DNA of 63,981 nt, filler included, from Bigelowiella natans CCMP2755 (taxonomy: Eukaryota; Protista; Cercozoa): the NCBI GenBank assembly GCA_000320545.1. It is 5 parts of 5 records of this genome, joined end to end, with 100 filler letters (N's around TTAATTAATTAA, not from the genome) between each part and the next. Parts side by side here need not be neighbours in the genome. Positions count along the whole stretch, not along the records: positions 19,973 to 49,301 come from ADNK01003233.1; 4 more parts are not named here. One strand, 5' to 3'. The position numbers and the translations under genes are program-made. Position 1 is the stretch's first letter. The number at the start of each line of letters is the position of its first letter. This document shows, piece after piece, positions 27,678 through 39,605 of the stretch. The notes under the pieces are model-generated. The model worked only from the letters and a program-made list of their open reading frames with translations, did no database searches and had not been told where the DNA came from.

Positions 27678-28025
27678 TCAAACCTTTTCAATGGTCATCC
27701 TGATGCAGCTGTGCAATGTGGCGGCTGCAGCGCTGATGTTGCATCCATTGGTTTCTGCCACAATGTGTTTCATGCATGAGAATGCATCCTCGTTGGGCCG
27801 ATGATGTCGTGCAATGCGCGCAGCAGTTCTTGATTCCTTTTCAGCTTCAGTCAGCTTCTTCGTGTCGTCATTGCGATTCATGATTGCGCGCATTTGGATG
27901 ATTGCGCAACCTTGTTTGCTGTTGGTTGTGCGTCGGACATTGCAGGAGGTGATCCATGTCCTCGAGAACACCACACGCATCGCATTGCATGTGGCATCTG
28001 TTTCATCACATTGTCCGCGTGACAA
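27678..28025 (-). pseudogene. Hypermutated ORF remnant; C-terminus homologous to 43950-44003
   Basis: Ends AAAATLHSCIRMTIEKV versus AAAALHSYIRMTIETV in the other copy; no Tyr codons. Confidence 0.5.
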
Positions 28026-28059
28026 CGTGAATTTTCAGATGTGTGCACATGCACATGCA

Positions 28060-28210
28060 TGAATGATGAATGATGAACAAAGCATTGATCAAATCTGCAT
28101 GCGCCAGAACCACACGGGAGTCAGGCATGTGCGTGCAGCAGAGCCTCAACAACAATCATTGCACAAGGACTTGTCAGCACCCTGTTGGTGGTGAGCAACA
28201 CAACCAGCCA
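28060..28210 (-). mobile_element. Short 5'-truncated copy of the LINE 3' end (paralog of 29565-29715)
   Basis: Shares TTGATCAAA..GCGCCAGAACCACA.GGGAG.CAGGCAT..GCAGCAGAGCCTCAACAACA..CAAGGACTTGTCAGCACCCTGTTGGTG, next to a degenerate A-rich tail. Confidence 0.65.
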
Positions 28211-28929
28211 ATGTCCTGCATCCAAGGAAGCCAAGGACAATGAGTTGAGGCTAGGTGAATCATCTGTCAATTGTTAGCACAGTTGGAATGTGTCCAGGTT
28301 CTGACTGACACTTGCAGTGTTCGAAACGCAGCAGTGCCTCGAGTGCAGATTGCACATTCTGGCCCGATGTTCTTCGGTTTCGTGAGTCTCAGAACGAAAC
28401 TGAAGTTTCTCATGACACCGACCATTGCTTCTCACAAAGATGTCCATGGCTCTGGTTGCAACTAGATCGCAGAAACACGTTGCAATTGCTGCAACCAGGC
28501 CTGCAAATTGTGTGGCCGTCAATTGGTCCGTTGGAGTGGAGTCAATCAGCAAGAACAGCTGCCCACAACTTGATTCTCAAAGGTGTCATTTCATGTGGCT
28601 TTCCCCAAAGCGCACATTGTTGCAATGCATCGATTTTTTCATGTCAGATGTTGCTTCTCCTTCCGACTTTGCAAACGGTGAAGGTCAGCTTTTCAACCGG
28701 GATGCCATGGGCAAGAGGAGATGTGCAACGCGTCCGGTGCATCTGCTTGGGAACCCATTCGAGAAGCAAGCTGCTCATTCTGATTGAGTCTTCATTGTCA
28801 TGTGCGGTCCAAACCTCCGCATTTCATTTTGGACATTGTGGGGAAAACCACAAGGAGACGATTCAGATTGGATGCAGTTGAATCTGATCAACAACCTCGA
28901 AGTCGGCAGCGACATCAAAAAACTGTTGC

Positions 28930-29355
28930 GAACTTGATTCAGTTTGGTTTTGGTTTGATCTGAGCCCTCACCAAAGCTCAGATCAGACAGAGTGGAGTTT
29001 TCAGTCCACGCATTTCCCATGGCCGAAAGGAAATGCGGAAAGTTTTTCGGGAGTGAAAACTGTTCAGGATGAATCTGTTCGAGTCAGCAATTCAATCGAT
29101 TGAAGGCTTGATCCAGGAAGAATCTTCACGTGTCATGTTTCGAAGTTGATTCAATTTGGTTTTGGTTTGATCTGGGCTCTCCCCAAAGCTCGGACCAGAC
29201 AGAGTGCAGTTTTCAGTCCACGCCTTTCCTTTGGACTTTGCGCGATCGGCGGTTGTCATTTTTGAGTTTGTGACCGAAACACCATGACCAACAGGAAGTG
29301 CGCAAAGTTTGTTCGGGAGTGAAAACTGCTCAGGATGAATCTGTTCAAGTCAGAC
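28930..29355 (-). repeat. Two tandem diverged coding-like repeat units (~170-220 bp)
   Basis: Both read NRFIL.SFHSR..F.HFL..M G.AWTEN.TLS..SFGE..DQTKTKLNQ.RN on the minus strand; one unit has an extra ~50 nt. Confidence 0.8.
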
Positions 29356-29564
29356 ATGTGGTCGAGCAAAGTCTTCATCCGGGATGAATCCACAATGCAG
29401 ATTCAAACATCCTTCACTTGGCAACCAAGTCACCGGTGGCTGGGGCGACACGTCTGTCCATCCCACCGGTGAACTGGAACATGGTTCAGGGACAGGAGGA
29501 AAAGCCACCCTCGTGACTCAACCCCCCCCCCGCCCATCACCGCATCGCGCGCCAACAGGGTGCA

Positions 29565-30330
29565 ACGAACAATGAACAATGAAGAAAGCGTTGATCAAAA
29601 CCACGTGCGCCAGAACCACATGGGAGACAGGCATTTGCACGCAGCAGAGCCTCAACAACACTCGTTGCAAGGACTTGTCAGCACCCTGTTGGTGAGAGAC
29701 ACAAAAAATCAGCCGCATCCCCTGAAATTGGCATGGATGCCGATCAATGGTGCCGTTGAGATGTGAATTGGTTGGAACTGAAGCTGGCATCTTGGATGCC
29801 GAACCGCAGCAAAAGTGTCAAGCAGGACAATGGTTCGACGGAAAGCCCTGTCGATTTCTTTGTCAGTCGAAGGGACACCAGATGTGGCCCCCAAAGCGAG
29901 GCAAAACTTGTCATGGGAAGACATGGCAGAGAAAGCACGCAACGTGACCACGTCATCATTGGCATCAGGTTGATGACGAGACACCAGGTGACGAATCCTG
30001 GTCCAAAAACGGTCTCTGATGTCACACGTTCCTTGGCAGGAGAACAAAAGGTGCATCAGGGACACGTCTTCGTGAAAATCGCACAAGGAGCACCAGCCCT
30101 CATGTTGCTCCAGTGCGAAGAATCTGGCAGTGTTGTGACGCCACCACAAGGCTCCACAACGAGCTTGGAATTTGAGGGACACACCACGGGCATCGTTCCA
30201 TTCATCGAGGTACTTGGAGCAGTGAAGATGGGCCGGTTTGCCCACTTCCCCCTGGCTCCAAGATTGCAGCTTGGAAATCGGCTCCCACGACCGAACTGCA
30301 ACTCGAGAGGGTCACTCGAGTTTTTCGACA
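29565..30330 (-). mobile_element. Non-LTR retrotransposon (LINE) 3' fragment: ORF2 C-terminal CCHC zinc knuckle + 3' UTR/tail
   Basis: ORF 29709-30245 contains LKFQARCG...CSLCDFHEDVSLMHLLFSC...IRDRFW, a typical LINE ORF2 C-terminus. No RT core is present. Confidence 0.75.
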
Positions 30331-30775
30331 AGCATGATGAAAACCATTTCCGAGAAAAAAAATTGCAAATTGAGATGGATCTACCCAGACACCGCTAAAT
30401 TTTACTTGCCGTAAAAAAAAAAGCCCTGAACAAAATATGTGCGAAAAAAGAATTCTAAATTTTTTAGTCGCCATTTTTTCTAAATTATAGCATTTTGTTT
30501 GCACTCTATTCTTGCCCAGCCATGTTCTGAATCATTGTCGACGACGACAACGTTGCCATTTTTTCTTGCGAAACATAATTCAGCAATATCCTTCATTTAG
30601 CATGTTAAGACACAAGCATCTTCCTATTTATTCAATGAAAAAAGGATGATCATTTTTCTCTGCCGATATTTTATTTTTTTTGGGTCAAATATTGATTACG
30701 ACATGATAATTTCGGTTATTCCCAACAATAAATGACATTTATCATCAACAACAGCTAATAATACTCTTTTCTTGT

Positions 30776-31431
30776 ATGAAAATCCTGGCAGGGTCTCGCC
30801 AGTTTTTCCAACACTGTCCGGTATTCCGCATCGTTCCTCTCCCCATCCTCCCTCCTAGCCCTTCCTTGTTTCTCTGCAGCTTCTGTTGATAAACTTGCCA
30901 TTACCAGATGAAGGAGGTGAAAATAACTGAATAATACATTTAGGGGGGGGGGGGGGGGGCTCTTGGCTTGTTAAGTTTCCTCCCTTCTTTCTCAATGTAG
31001 TCACTTTCCTTTTTATGAAACTTGTCCTCTTGTTGTCCTTTGTTCCTCCCTCCTTCCCTAAGCTTCCTCCTCCACCTGGAAATATTTATCTATTATAACT
31101 TTTCATTTTTTTTGGTTTAATCGATATGAAATAGCACGGCCTCACTTGCTTTTACCCTTCACCTCCCTGTCAATTTCTCCTAAAAAAAACCTCCCTTCTG
31201 TCCTTCTTTCTCTACAGTTTCTGTCAAACTCGCCGTTTACAGATAGAAGGAGGTGATAATTATTGATTATTGATTTTTTCTTTGTCGGGGGAGGGGGGAA
31301 AGATAGGCTTGATCATTTATCTTGTTCTTAGTCACTTTCTATTTTTTATATATCTAACTTGTTTTCTGTCTGTCCTTGCTCCTCCCTCCTCGCTAACCTT
31401 CCTCTACGAGAGAGACAGTGAGTGGTTACAA

Positions 31432-31475
<44 letters not shown>

Positions 31476-31800
31476 TCATGGTCATATCGTATTTAAAATG
31501 CCATTCCGTGTGTGCGCCAGGTAGGTAAGTAGTAGACCAGGCCCATAGGATGAGGATCTTCCTTCCCATACCCTCCTTCCTTCTGCTACTTCCCCAGTTT
31601 GTGGTACTTACAAAATATGTATATATCCCATCCTCTCTCTCCTCTCCTCTGCCTTCTTAAAGAATATTGTGTGTGTGTGTGTGTGTGTGTATGGGTAGGG
31701 TTATGGGTAGGGTGGGGGGATGGTCCAAGAAGCGAGTTTGAGCCGCATACGAATGCCTGTTTTTCGTATCACAATCCAACCAAGTATCATGTATCATGTA

Positions 31801-31833
<33 letters not shown>

Positions 31834-31909
31834 ATAAGTGTCTCTCTCTCTTTGTGTGTGTATGTGTGTGTGAGTGTGTGTTAGTATATATGCGTTTTTG
31901 TGTAGTGTA

Positions 31910-31949
<40 letters not shown>

Positions 31950-33956
31950 CACGTGAGTTCATGTGTGTGTAAGTGTGAGTGCATTTACAAGGCGAGAGGG
32001 ATCACGCTATTATTAAATTCATCTCAACTGCTCTGAACCTATATATCTATACACTATGAAAAGGCCCCTACGACCCTGTTGAACGGCGCATCGTCGTTTC
32101 AGCTTGACGAGAGCTATTCGGGATCTAGCAAATATAGGACAAGCGCGGTGGCGGCTGACGGTCGGATCTTCGCCGCTCCTGCTGATGCATCCAGGGTGCT
32201 TGTGTTCGATCCGTCGCGCAACGCTTCCTATCAGCTTGACGAGAGCTATTCGGGATCAAGGAAATATATCACAAGCGCGGTGGCGGCTGACGGTCGGATC
32301 TTCGCCGCTCCTTACGATGGTGCATCGAGGGTGCTGGTGATCGATCCCTCGCGCAACGCTTCCTATCGGCTAGACGAGAGCTATTCGGGATCAAGGAAAT
32401 ATATCACAAGCGCGGTGGCGGCTGACGGTCGGATCTTCGCCGCTCCTTACGATGGTGCATCGAGGGTGCTGGTGATCGATCCCTCGCGCAACGTTTCCTA
32501 TCAGCTTGACGAGAGCTATTCGGGATCAAGGAAATATGTCACAAGCGCGTTGGCGGATGACGGTCGGATCTTCGCCGCTCCTTATAGTGCATCGAGGGTG
32601 CTGGTGATCGATCCGTCGCGCAACGCTTCCTATCAGCTTGACGAGAGCTATTCGGGATATCGGAAATATAGCAAGGCAAGCGCGGTGGCGGCTGACGGTC
32701 GGATCTTTGCCGCTCCTTACGATGGTGCATCCAGGGTGTTGGTGATCGATCCGTCGCGCAACACTTCCTATCAGCTTGACGAGAGCTATTCGGGATCTCA
32801 TAAATATAGCACAAGCGCGGTGGCGGCTGACGGACGGATCTTCGCCGCTCCTTACAATGGTTCTTCGAGGGTGCTGGTGATCGATCCGGCGCGCAACGCT
32901 TCGTATCAGCTTGACGAGAGCTATTCGGGATCAAGGAAATATGTCACAAGCGCGTTGGCGGCTGACGGTCGGATCTTTGCCGCTCCTTACGATGGTGCAT
33001 CGAGAGTGCTGGTGATCGATCCCTCGCGCAACGTTTCCTATCAGCTTGACGAGAGCTATTCGGGATCTCATAAATATATCACAAGCGCGGTGGCGGCTGA
33101 CGGTCGGATCTTCGCCGCTCCTTACGATGGTGCATCGAGGGTGCTGGTTATCTACCCTGGGTCGTATAGATACAAGACGCCGGCGCCGACCATCACGTTT
33201 ACTCCCACACTGGTCAGCACTGATGATTAATCTTAATTATTAAAAAGAATATTTCCTTAGAGAATTCTGTAATAGAATGTCTGCCATATTTTTTCCTTCA
33301 TAAATGGGTCACATCGGCTGTTCCTTTTTGATTTTTCTTTTCTTTTTGAGTGTGAGAGAGAGCATGCGTCTTTCAAAATTCTTACTACGTCCCATGAGAT
33401 TTCTTGTATCCGGGGTAAGGAGGGGGAGGGGGGGTTATCATGATGAAACGATGCGGTAACTTCTCATCCTACGTGATGATGAAAGAAAGAGCATTTAGAG
33501 ATCTAGAGCGCCCGATGTATCGGGTGCATGTATATCGGCAATGCCTGCATTCTCCTTGATTTTTTTTTACGGTGTGCGTAGGCGCCATCGGCTGCCCCTT
33601 CCGCTGCCCCTACAACCAGCCCTGCGACGGTCGCGCCCACACAGGTGAAATGCTTTTTCTTTTTACACGTGCCACTGGTGCCACTGGTGGTACTTGTGCG
33701 ATAACGTTAAATACATTCCAGCCATCTCAATTGGCAGCTAGCACACACACTCTCTCTCTCACACACACACACACACACAGACACACACACATATAAAAGT
33801 TGATATACCCCATCGCTTTCAAATTCAGGATAGGGTTGGGGGGGGGGGTTAGGTCAGGGTTTAATATAGTGAGTTTGAGCCGCATGCGTATGCCTGTTTT
33901 TCGTATCACAATCCAACCAAGTATCATGTATCTGTGTTTGTGCGTGTGTGTGTGTT

Positions 33957-33993
<37 letters not shown>

Positions 33994-36373
33994 TTTATGT
34001 TAGTTTGTGTATGTGTGTGTAAGTGTGAGTGCGTTTACAACGCGAGAGGGATCACGCTATTATTAAATTCCCCCTCGACTGATCTGAACCTATGTATCTA
34101 TGCTCTATGAAAAGGCCCCTACTACGACCCTGTTGAATGGCGCATCGTCATACCTTCTCGATGAAAATTACTCGGGATCTATGAAATATCGGACGAGTGC
34201 GGTAGCCCTGGATGGGCGGATCTTTGCCATTCCTCTTCATGCACCGAAAGTGTTGGTGATCGATCCGTTGCGGAACGTCTCGCACCATCTCAGCGAGAGC
34301 TACTCAGGGGATTTCAAATATTCCACGAGCGCGGTGGCACGGGATGGGCGGATCTTCGCCGCACCACAAGATGCATCGGAAGTGCTGGTGATCGACCCGT
34401 CGCGGAACATTTCCTACCTTCTAAGCGAGGGTTACGGCTCGGGTTCTGCCAAACACGTGACTTGCGCGGTTGCGCCGGACGGGAGGGTCTTCGCCGCACC
34501 TTGTTCTAGCGCATCGAAAGTGCTGGTGATCGACCCACTGCGGAACATCTCCTACCAGCTCAGCGAGGATTACGGCTCGGGATTTAACAAGCACTGGACG
34601 AGCGCGGTAGCGCCTGACGGCCGGATCTTCGCCGCTCCTTTTTTTGCCTCGAAAGTACTAGTGATCGACCCATCACGGAACGTCTCCTACCAGCTAAGCG
34701 AGGATTACGGCTCGGGAACTCGCAAATATGCGACGAGTGTGGTGGCCTCTGACGGTCGGATATTCGCCGCTCCTTATTCTGCACTGAAAGTGCTGGTGAT
34801 CAACCCGCTGCAGAACGTCTCCTACCAGCTCAGCGAGAGCTATTCGGGATCTGGCAAATATTACACAAGCGCGGTGACCTCTGACGGGCGGATCTTCGCC
34901 GTTCCCAGAGATGCCTCGAAAGTGCTGGTGATCGACCCGCTGCGGAACGAGTCCTACCAACTCAGCGAGGATCATGGCTCGGGAACTTACAAATACGTGA
35001 CGAGCGTCGTTGCCCCTGACGGGCGAATTTTCGCCGCTCCTCATGCTGCCTCGAAAGTGCTGATGATCGACCCATTGCTGAACATCTCCTACCAGCTCAG
35101 CGAGGGTTACGGCTCGGGAACGGACAAATATTGGACGAGCGCGGTGGCACCGGACGGTCGGGTCTTTGCCGCTCCTTATGATGCCTTAGAAGTGCTGGTG
35201 GTATACCCTGGGTCGTACAGATACAAAACGCCGTCGCCTACCATCACGTTTACTCCCACACAGGTCAGCACTGGTATTTATGATTCGCCTTGAAGGCTTG
35301 CATGGCGTTATATCCAGATCGAGTTTCTAATGTCTGTTCCTGTCTCACCTTTTTTTGATGTAGGCTCCCACCGCATCGCCGACAACCTCACCGTCAACGT
35401 TTCCGACAATGTCACCAAAAACATCCTCGCCAGGAACGACCACGCCTACAACCTCGCCAATAACGTCGTTACCGACAGTTTCCCCCAGAACGCAGGTCAA
35501 GCCAAAAAAAATTTAACAAATTACAAAATGTGTGTAACTCCATGCGTCAGTGTCCTGGTCTCGGTTTTTTAGGCACTCCCTGATGAACCGTAGACCAAAT
35601 AGCATCATCATCAGTGTTGATTATTATTATTATTATTGTCATTATTGCAACAGCTGATGCAACACCTTTTGTATTAACGACTTCAAATGACCCTAATTTT
35701 CTTGATTTCATGAATGCCGGTTCTTTTCACAGGCTCCGGTAACAAGCATGCCAACGATGATTGGTACGTGTTTGCTAACCTGTGAACTGTTGGTGGAAAC
35801 ATTGCCATGTATTTGTGAACTGTTAGTGAAAACATTGCCATATATTTCCGCATTCGGATTCTTTCATTAGATCTTTGGAAACGACATTACCGTGTGATTC
35901 CGTATTTTTAATTGCACATTCTTACGGTCACCAGGCCCAACGGCGATCAAAGCGCAGTTCTCGGATGACGCGACGTTTGTCGTCGTCATGTACAACCGGC
36001 CAACGGAGCTAGTCCCTTCTCTGCAATCCGCGTCTCCGCTCTGCGCGTACCTGTTCGCGCCACCGACCCTTCTGAAACTCGGCGAAAGTCCGACGTGCTA
36101 TTTTCATACCGCTACAGCCTTGCACATCCGGTACGGTCGAGATCCAACTCTCAATCCTGGGGACCTACTCGAGCTGAGTGCTAGCACCGTTATTGGGGCA
36201 GGAGGAACTCTATCATCTTCCGCAGCAAACAACGCACAGGTTGTAGCGGTATTAGCCCCAGAGGCGCCTCCACAGGTAACGGTGACCCTCCTCGCGGCTT
36301 CGGCTTTCGGCATCTGTGAAACGCACGTGACCGTGGTTGCACAGCTTGGGGGCTTTGCCGGAAGAAATATGAG

Positions 36374-36409
<36 letters not shown>

Positions 36410-36456
36410 TAATAGTGTTGGATTTGTGTGTCCTGTCTATGTATGTGTATGAGAAT

Positions 36457-36492
<36 letters not shown>

Positions 36493-37247
36493 CTTGTCTG
36501 TGTATGAGAGAGAGAGAGAGAGAGAGAGAGAGTAGGTGTGCATGAGTGAGTGCATCTGTATCTTGTCTATGTATGTGTTTGTTGTGTGTGCGTGTGTGTG
36601 TGTGTGTGTGTGTGAGTACATTACATTCTTTATTTAAAAAATATGCACAACACTTGGGTGAGGAGAGTATGATGAACACTGGGATTTGAGCCCGATGTAA
36701 AAAAAAAACATCCTAACGGGAAGGTCACATGTATGCATATGTTCAGCGTATCGTGGGAACTCATCGACAGCGGCGGCACACCTTCATCGCAGCTGAGCTC
36801 CTTGGAAGAAATCGAAGTGGCCTTTGCCCAAGCAACACAATCGTCAAAGGCAGTGGTCTCCATTCCCGTTTTCAACCTCACTAGTGGCTACGCGATGAAG
36901 ATTCGAGTGAACGCGACCAACTTTTTACACCAAACCTCTTCTGCCATTCGTATCATCACAAAGGTGCGTTTTTTTCCTGGAAAATTGTGTAAATCAGTAA
37001 ATCACAGAACCAGGAGGGCAGGCGAAAATGTTTTGAATTGAAAAAATGAAGAGATTTATTGTTAGATGCAATAGATGTCCACCTCTCCTCTGACTCCCCG
37101 TTTCGCATGCGATCTCTATTCTTTTTTCCTTTTTAACTTCCTGCCCTGTTCTCTCTTTCTTCGCATCCCATTATTTCTCTTTATTGTCCTTTCTGTTCTG
37201 CTCTGTAATCTTCTCTCTTTTTGTACACCGTGTGTCCATATCCTCTT

Positions 37248-37288
<41 letters not shown>

Positions 37289-39561
37289 CTGTTTCTCTCT
37301 CTCTCTAATCTAAATGGCCTTATATATGGTATTATCGTCTGCTCCTTGTCTAACTCTAAGTTATACACTGCATAATGTTTCAGGAGAACGGCGCGCAACC
37401 GAGTTTCATCCTCCCGGCCCCGCTGACGATCGACGCGGTACCCGTTTGGGAAGATTTCAGGCTAGAAGTCCAAGTGGTCCCGCCAACCTGTAGCTTGAGC
37501 CAGAGCGTCCAGACTTCGCAGACGATCGTCGCAGTTTCGCAGTGGTCCGCATATAAGATCAGCGGCGTGGGCATCACTAACGGCAGCAGCAGCAGCACAA
37601 GCCAGAACAACAACGGGTTAGTACCCCTCGCCGACCCGACCGCTGCGTACCTCTATCTGCCTGTGGGAACGCTCACGGCAGATGCATCTTATGAGTTCAG
37701 GCTCAAAGCGTTCGCAGCTACGGTCGCTGGGTCTGCTGTGAGCGCTATCGCCAACATCACGTTTAAGGTCCTATCCTCTCTGCCATCCTCAACCATGTTC
37801 TCGAGGCTTTTTCTCAGCCTCATCGTGCAGTACGACGGGACTACTCATCCCTAACTGCTGAGCCCTATATCTAAACTTACACACACACACGCACACACAT
37901 TCTTGTTTTTAACTTTGCATGCTAGGTTTTCACGGGGTCTTACCCTGCGTTGGTAGCTGCGATCGACGGCGGCGGCCAGCGGGAAGTAGTCCCTGCCTAC
38001 CTCTCTCCGGTGGTCTTCGACGCCAGCAGCTCCTACGATCCTTCGCGTGGGCTTAGTGGCAACAACTCACACCTCCGGTACGCATGGTCGCTTGTCGAGT
38101 TGGTCTCGGGGCAGATCGTGCCTTTGCCTCCAGTCTCTTCCGCATCATCTATCCTGTCGGTCAACGCAAGCGTGTTTGTAGCAGAAAGGCTCTACGAGGT
38201 GCGCGTCAACGTCTCGTTCAACCCTGATGGCGATGCTACCGTGAGACGCACAAGCACCGCTACCCAACGGGTCCGTGTCGTCAGCATCGGCACGCCGAGC
38301 GTCAGCATCGAACGACCGCCTGGCGATTCACCGTTCGAAAGAGGTCCAGGGACCCTCAACATTGACACCGATCTGCGGCTCGTCAGCCGTGTCGTCCAGA
38401 GGTCTTCCTCCTCTTCCTCCTCTTCCTCATGGGCCCCATCGTCAACAAAGACCCTGCGATACAACTGGACGTGCCAGGTTTCCGTGACGGATACCGGGAC
38501 AAAGAGCTATGTCTTGGACCTTCCGTCGTTGCTCTTGCCTTCCAACATCACGACGGCGGCTATCGGTCACAGCCGCCACAATAGCACGTACCTCCACATC
38601 CCAGCCGAGATCCTACGGAAGGCTTTGGATCCCTCGACGTTCACGGCAGGGGTCCGGACGCAGCTGTCCTTCCAACTGACGGTCACGGATACCGCAGGCC
38701 CTTCCCCTCTCACCGGACAAGCGTCGTTTGTTGTCGTTGTGAACACCCCGCCGGGGCTAGGGAGCTGTTCGGCGACCCCAGCGAGCGGCTACGCGCTCCA
38801 GACGCAGTTCCAACTTGCGTGCGAGGGGTACGAGGACGCCGATGTTCCTCTCACCTACTCATTCTCGCTAATCATCACCGAGGAAGACGATGATGCGGAT
38901 GTTGAGGGGGATGGGGGAGGTGCAGAGCCTGGCGGAGCGGCCGAACGGCTGGTTTCTCTCTGCGGCAGAAGACGGAGCGGTTACCTCGAGACCCAGCTCC
39001 CCGGGCCTTTGGCGTCACAGTCATCTTCAGCCTCTTCAGCCTCAACTGTCACGCGGGTCCAAGCCTCCATCTTCGATTCCAACGGCGCCGCGGCCCATGA
39101 AGAAATCAGGCTGAGCGTGGAGCCATCTCCGAACAACGTCTCCCTTGCTACCCTCTCTCGTGACCTTGAAGGGCGAGTGCAGGAAGGCAGCACGCAGAGT
39201 TTCGTCGTCGGCGTATTGGGCGTGGCGTCGCTGCTGCAGCGCAACGCCGATGCTACGGCCGGCCCGGGCCCTAACGCTACCAGCGCCACAAGAGGTACCA
39301 GGATCTCAATCCGGGAAGCCACTTCCACGAGAGAGAGTCTCCTGTCCCTAGTCGCGGAGGTGAGCCCTAGCTTGTCAGCAGCGCAGAGCTCTGCCAGGTC
39401 CCTGCCTCGGGCAACTGTCGCGGGGCTTGTGGACCAGCTCACGGACTACCCCAAAGGGAGAGCTGTGGAAATATCCAACAAGGTAGGATGGGACTGGAAA
39501 AAAAAAACATCAAGGAGGAATAGGGAGAGAGAGAAGGACATTGAAAGCATCAAGGAGGAAT

Positions 39562-39605
<44 letters not shown>

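Noticed and set aside
26980-30380. Classical RIP or CpG-methylation decay as the cause of TG/CA excess
   Set aside because: CpG remains common here, and TA is lost rather than gained; paired copies and telomere units point to TA>TG/CA.
32064-35263. Diversity-generating retroelement (template/variable repeat pair)
   Set aside because: All repeats are in-frame coding units, differences are not restricted to adenines of one template, and no DGR-type RT is present; the only retroelement piece is a LINE C-terminus.
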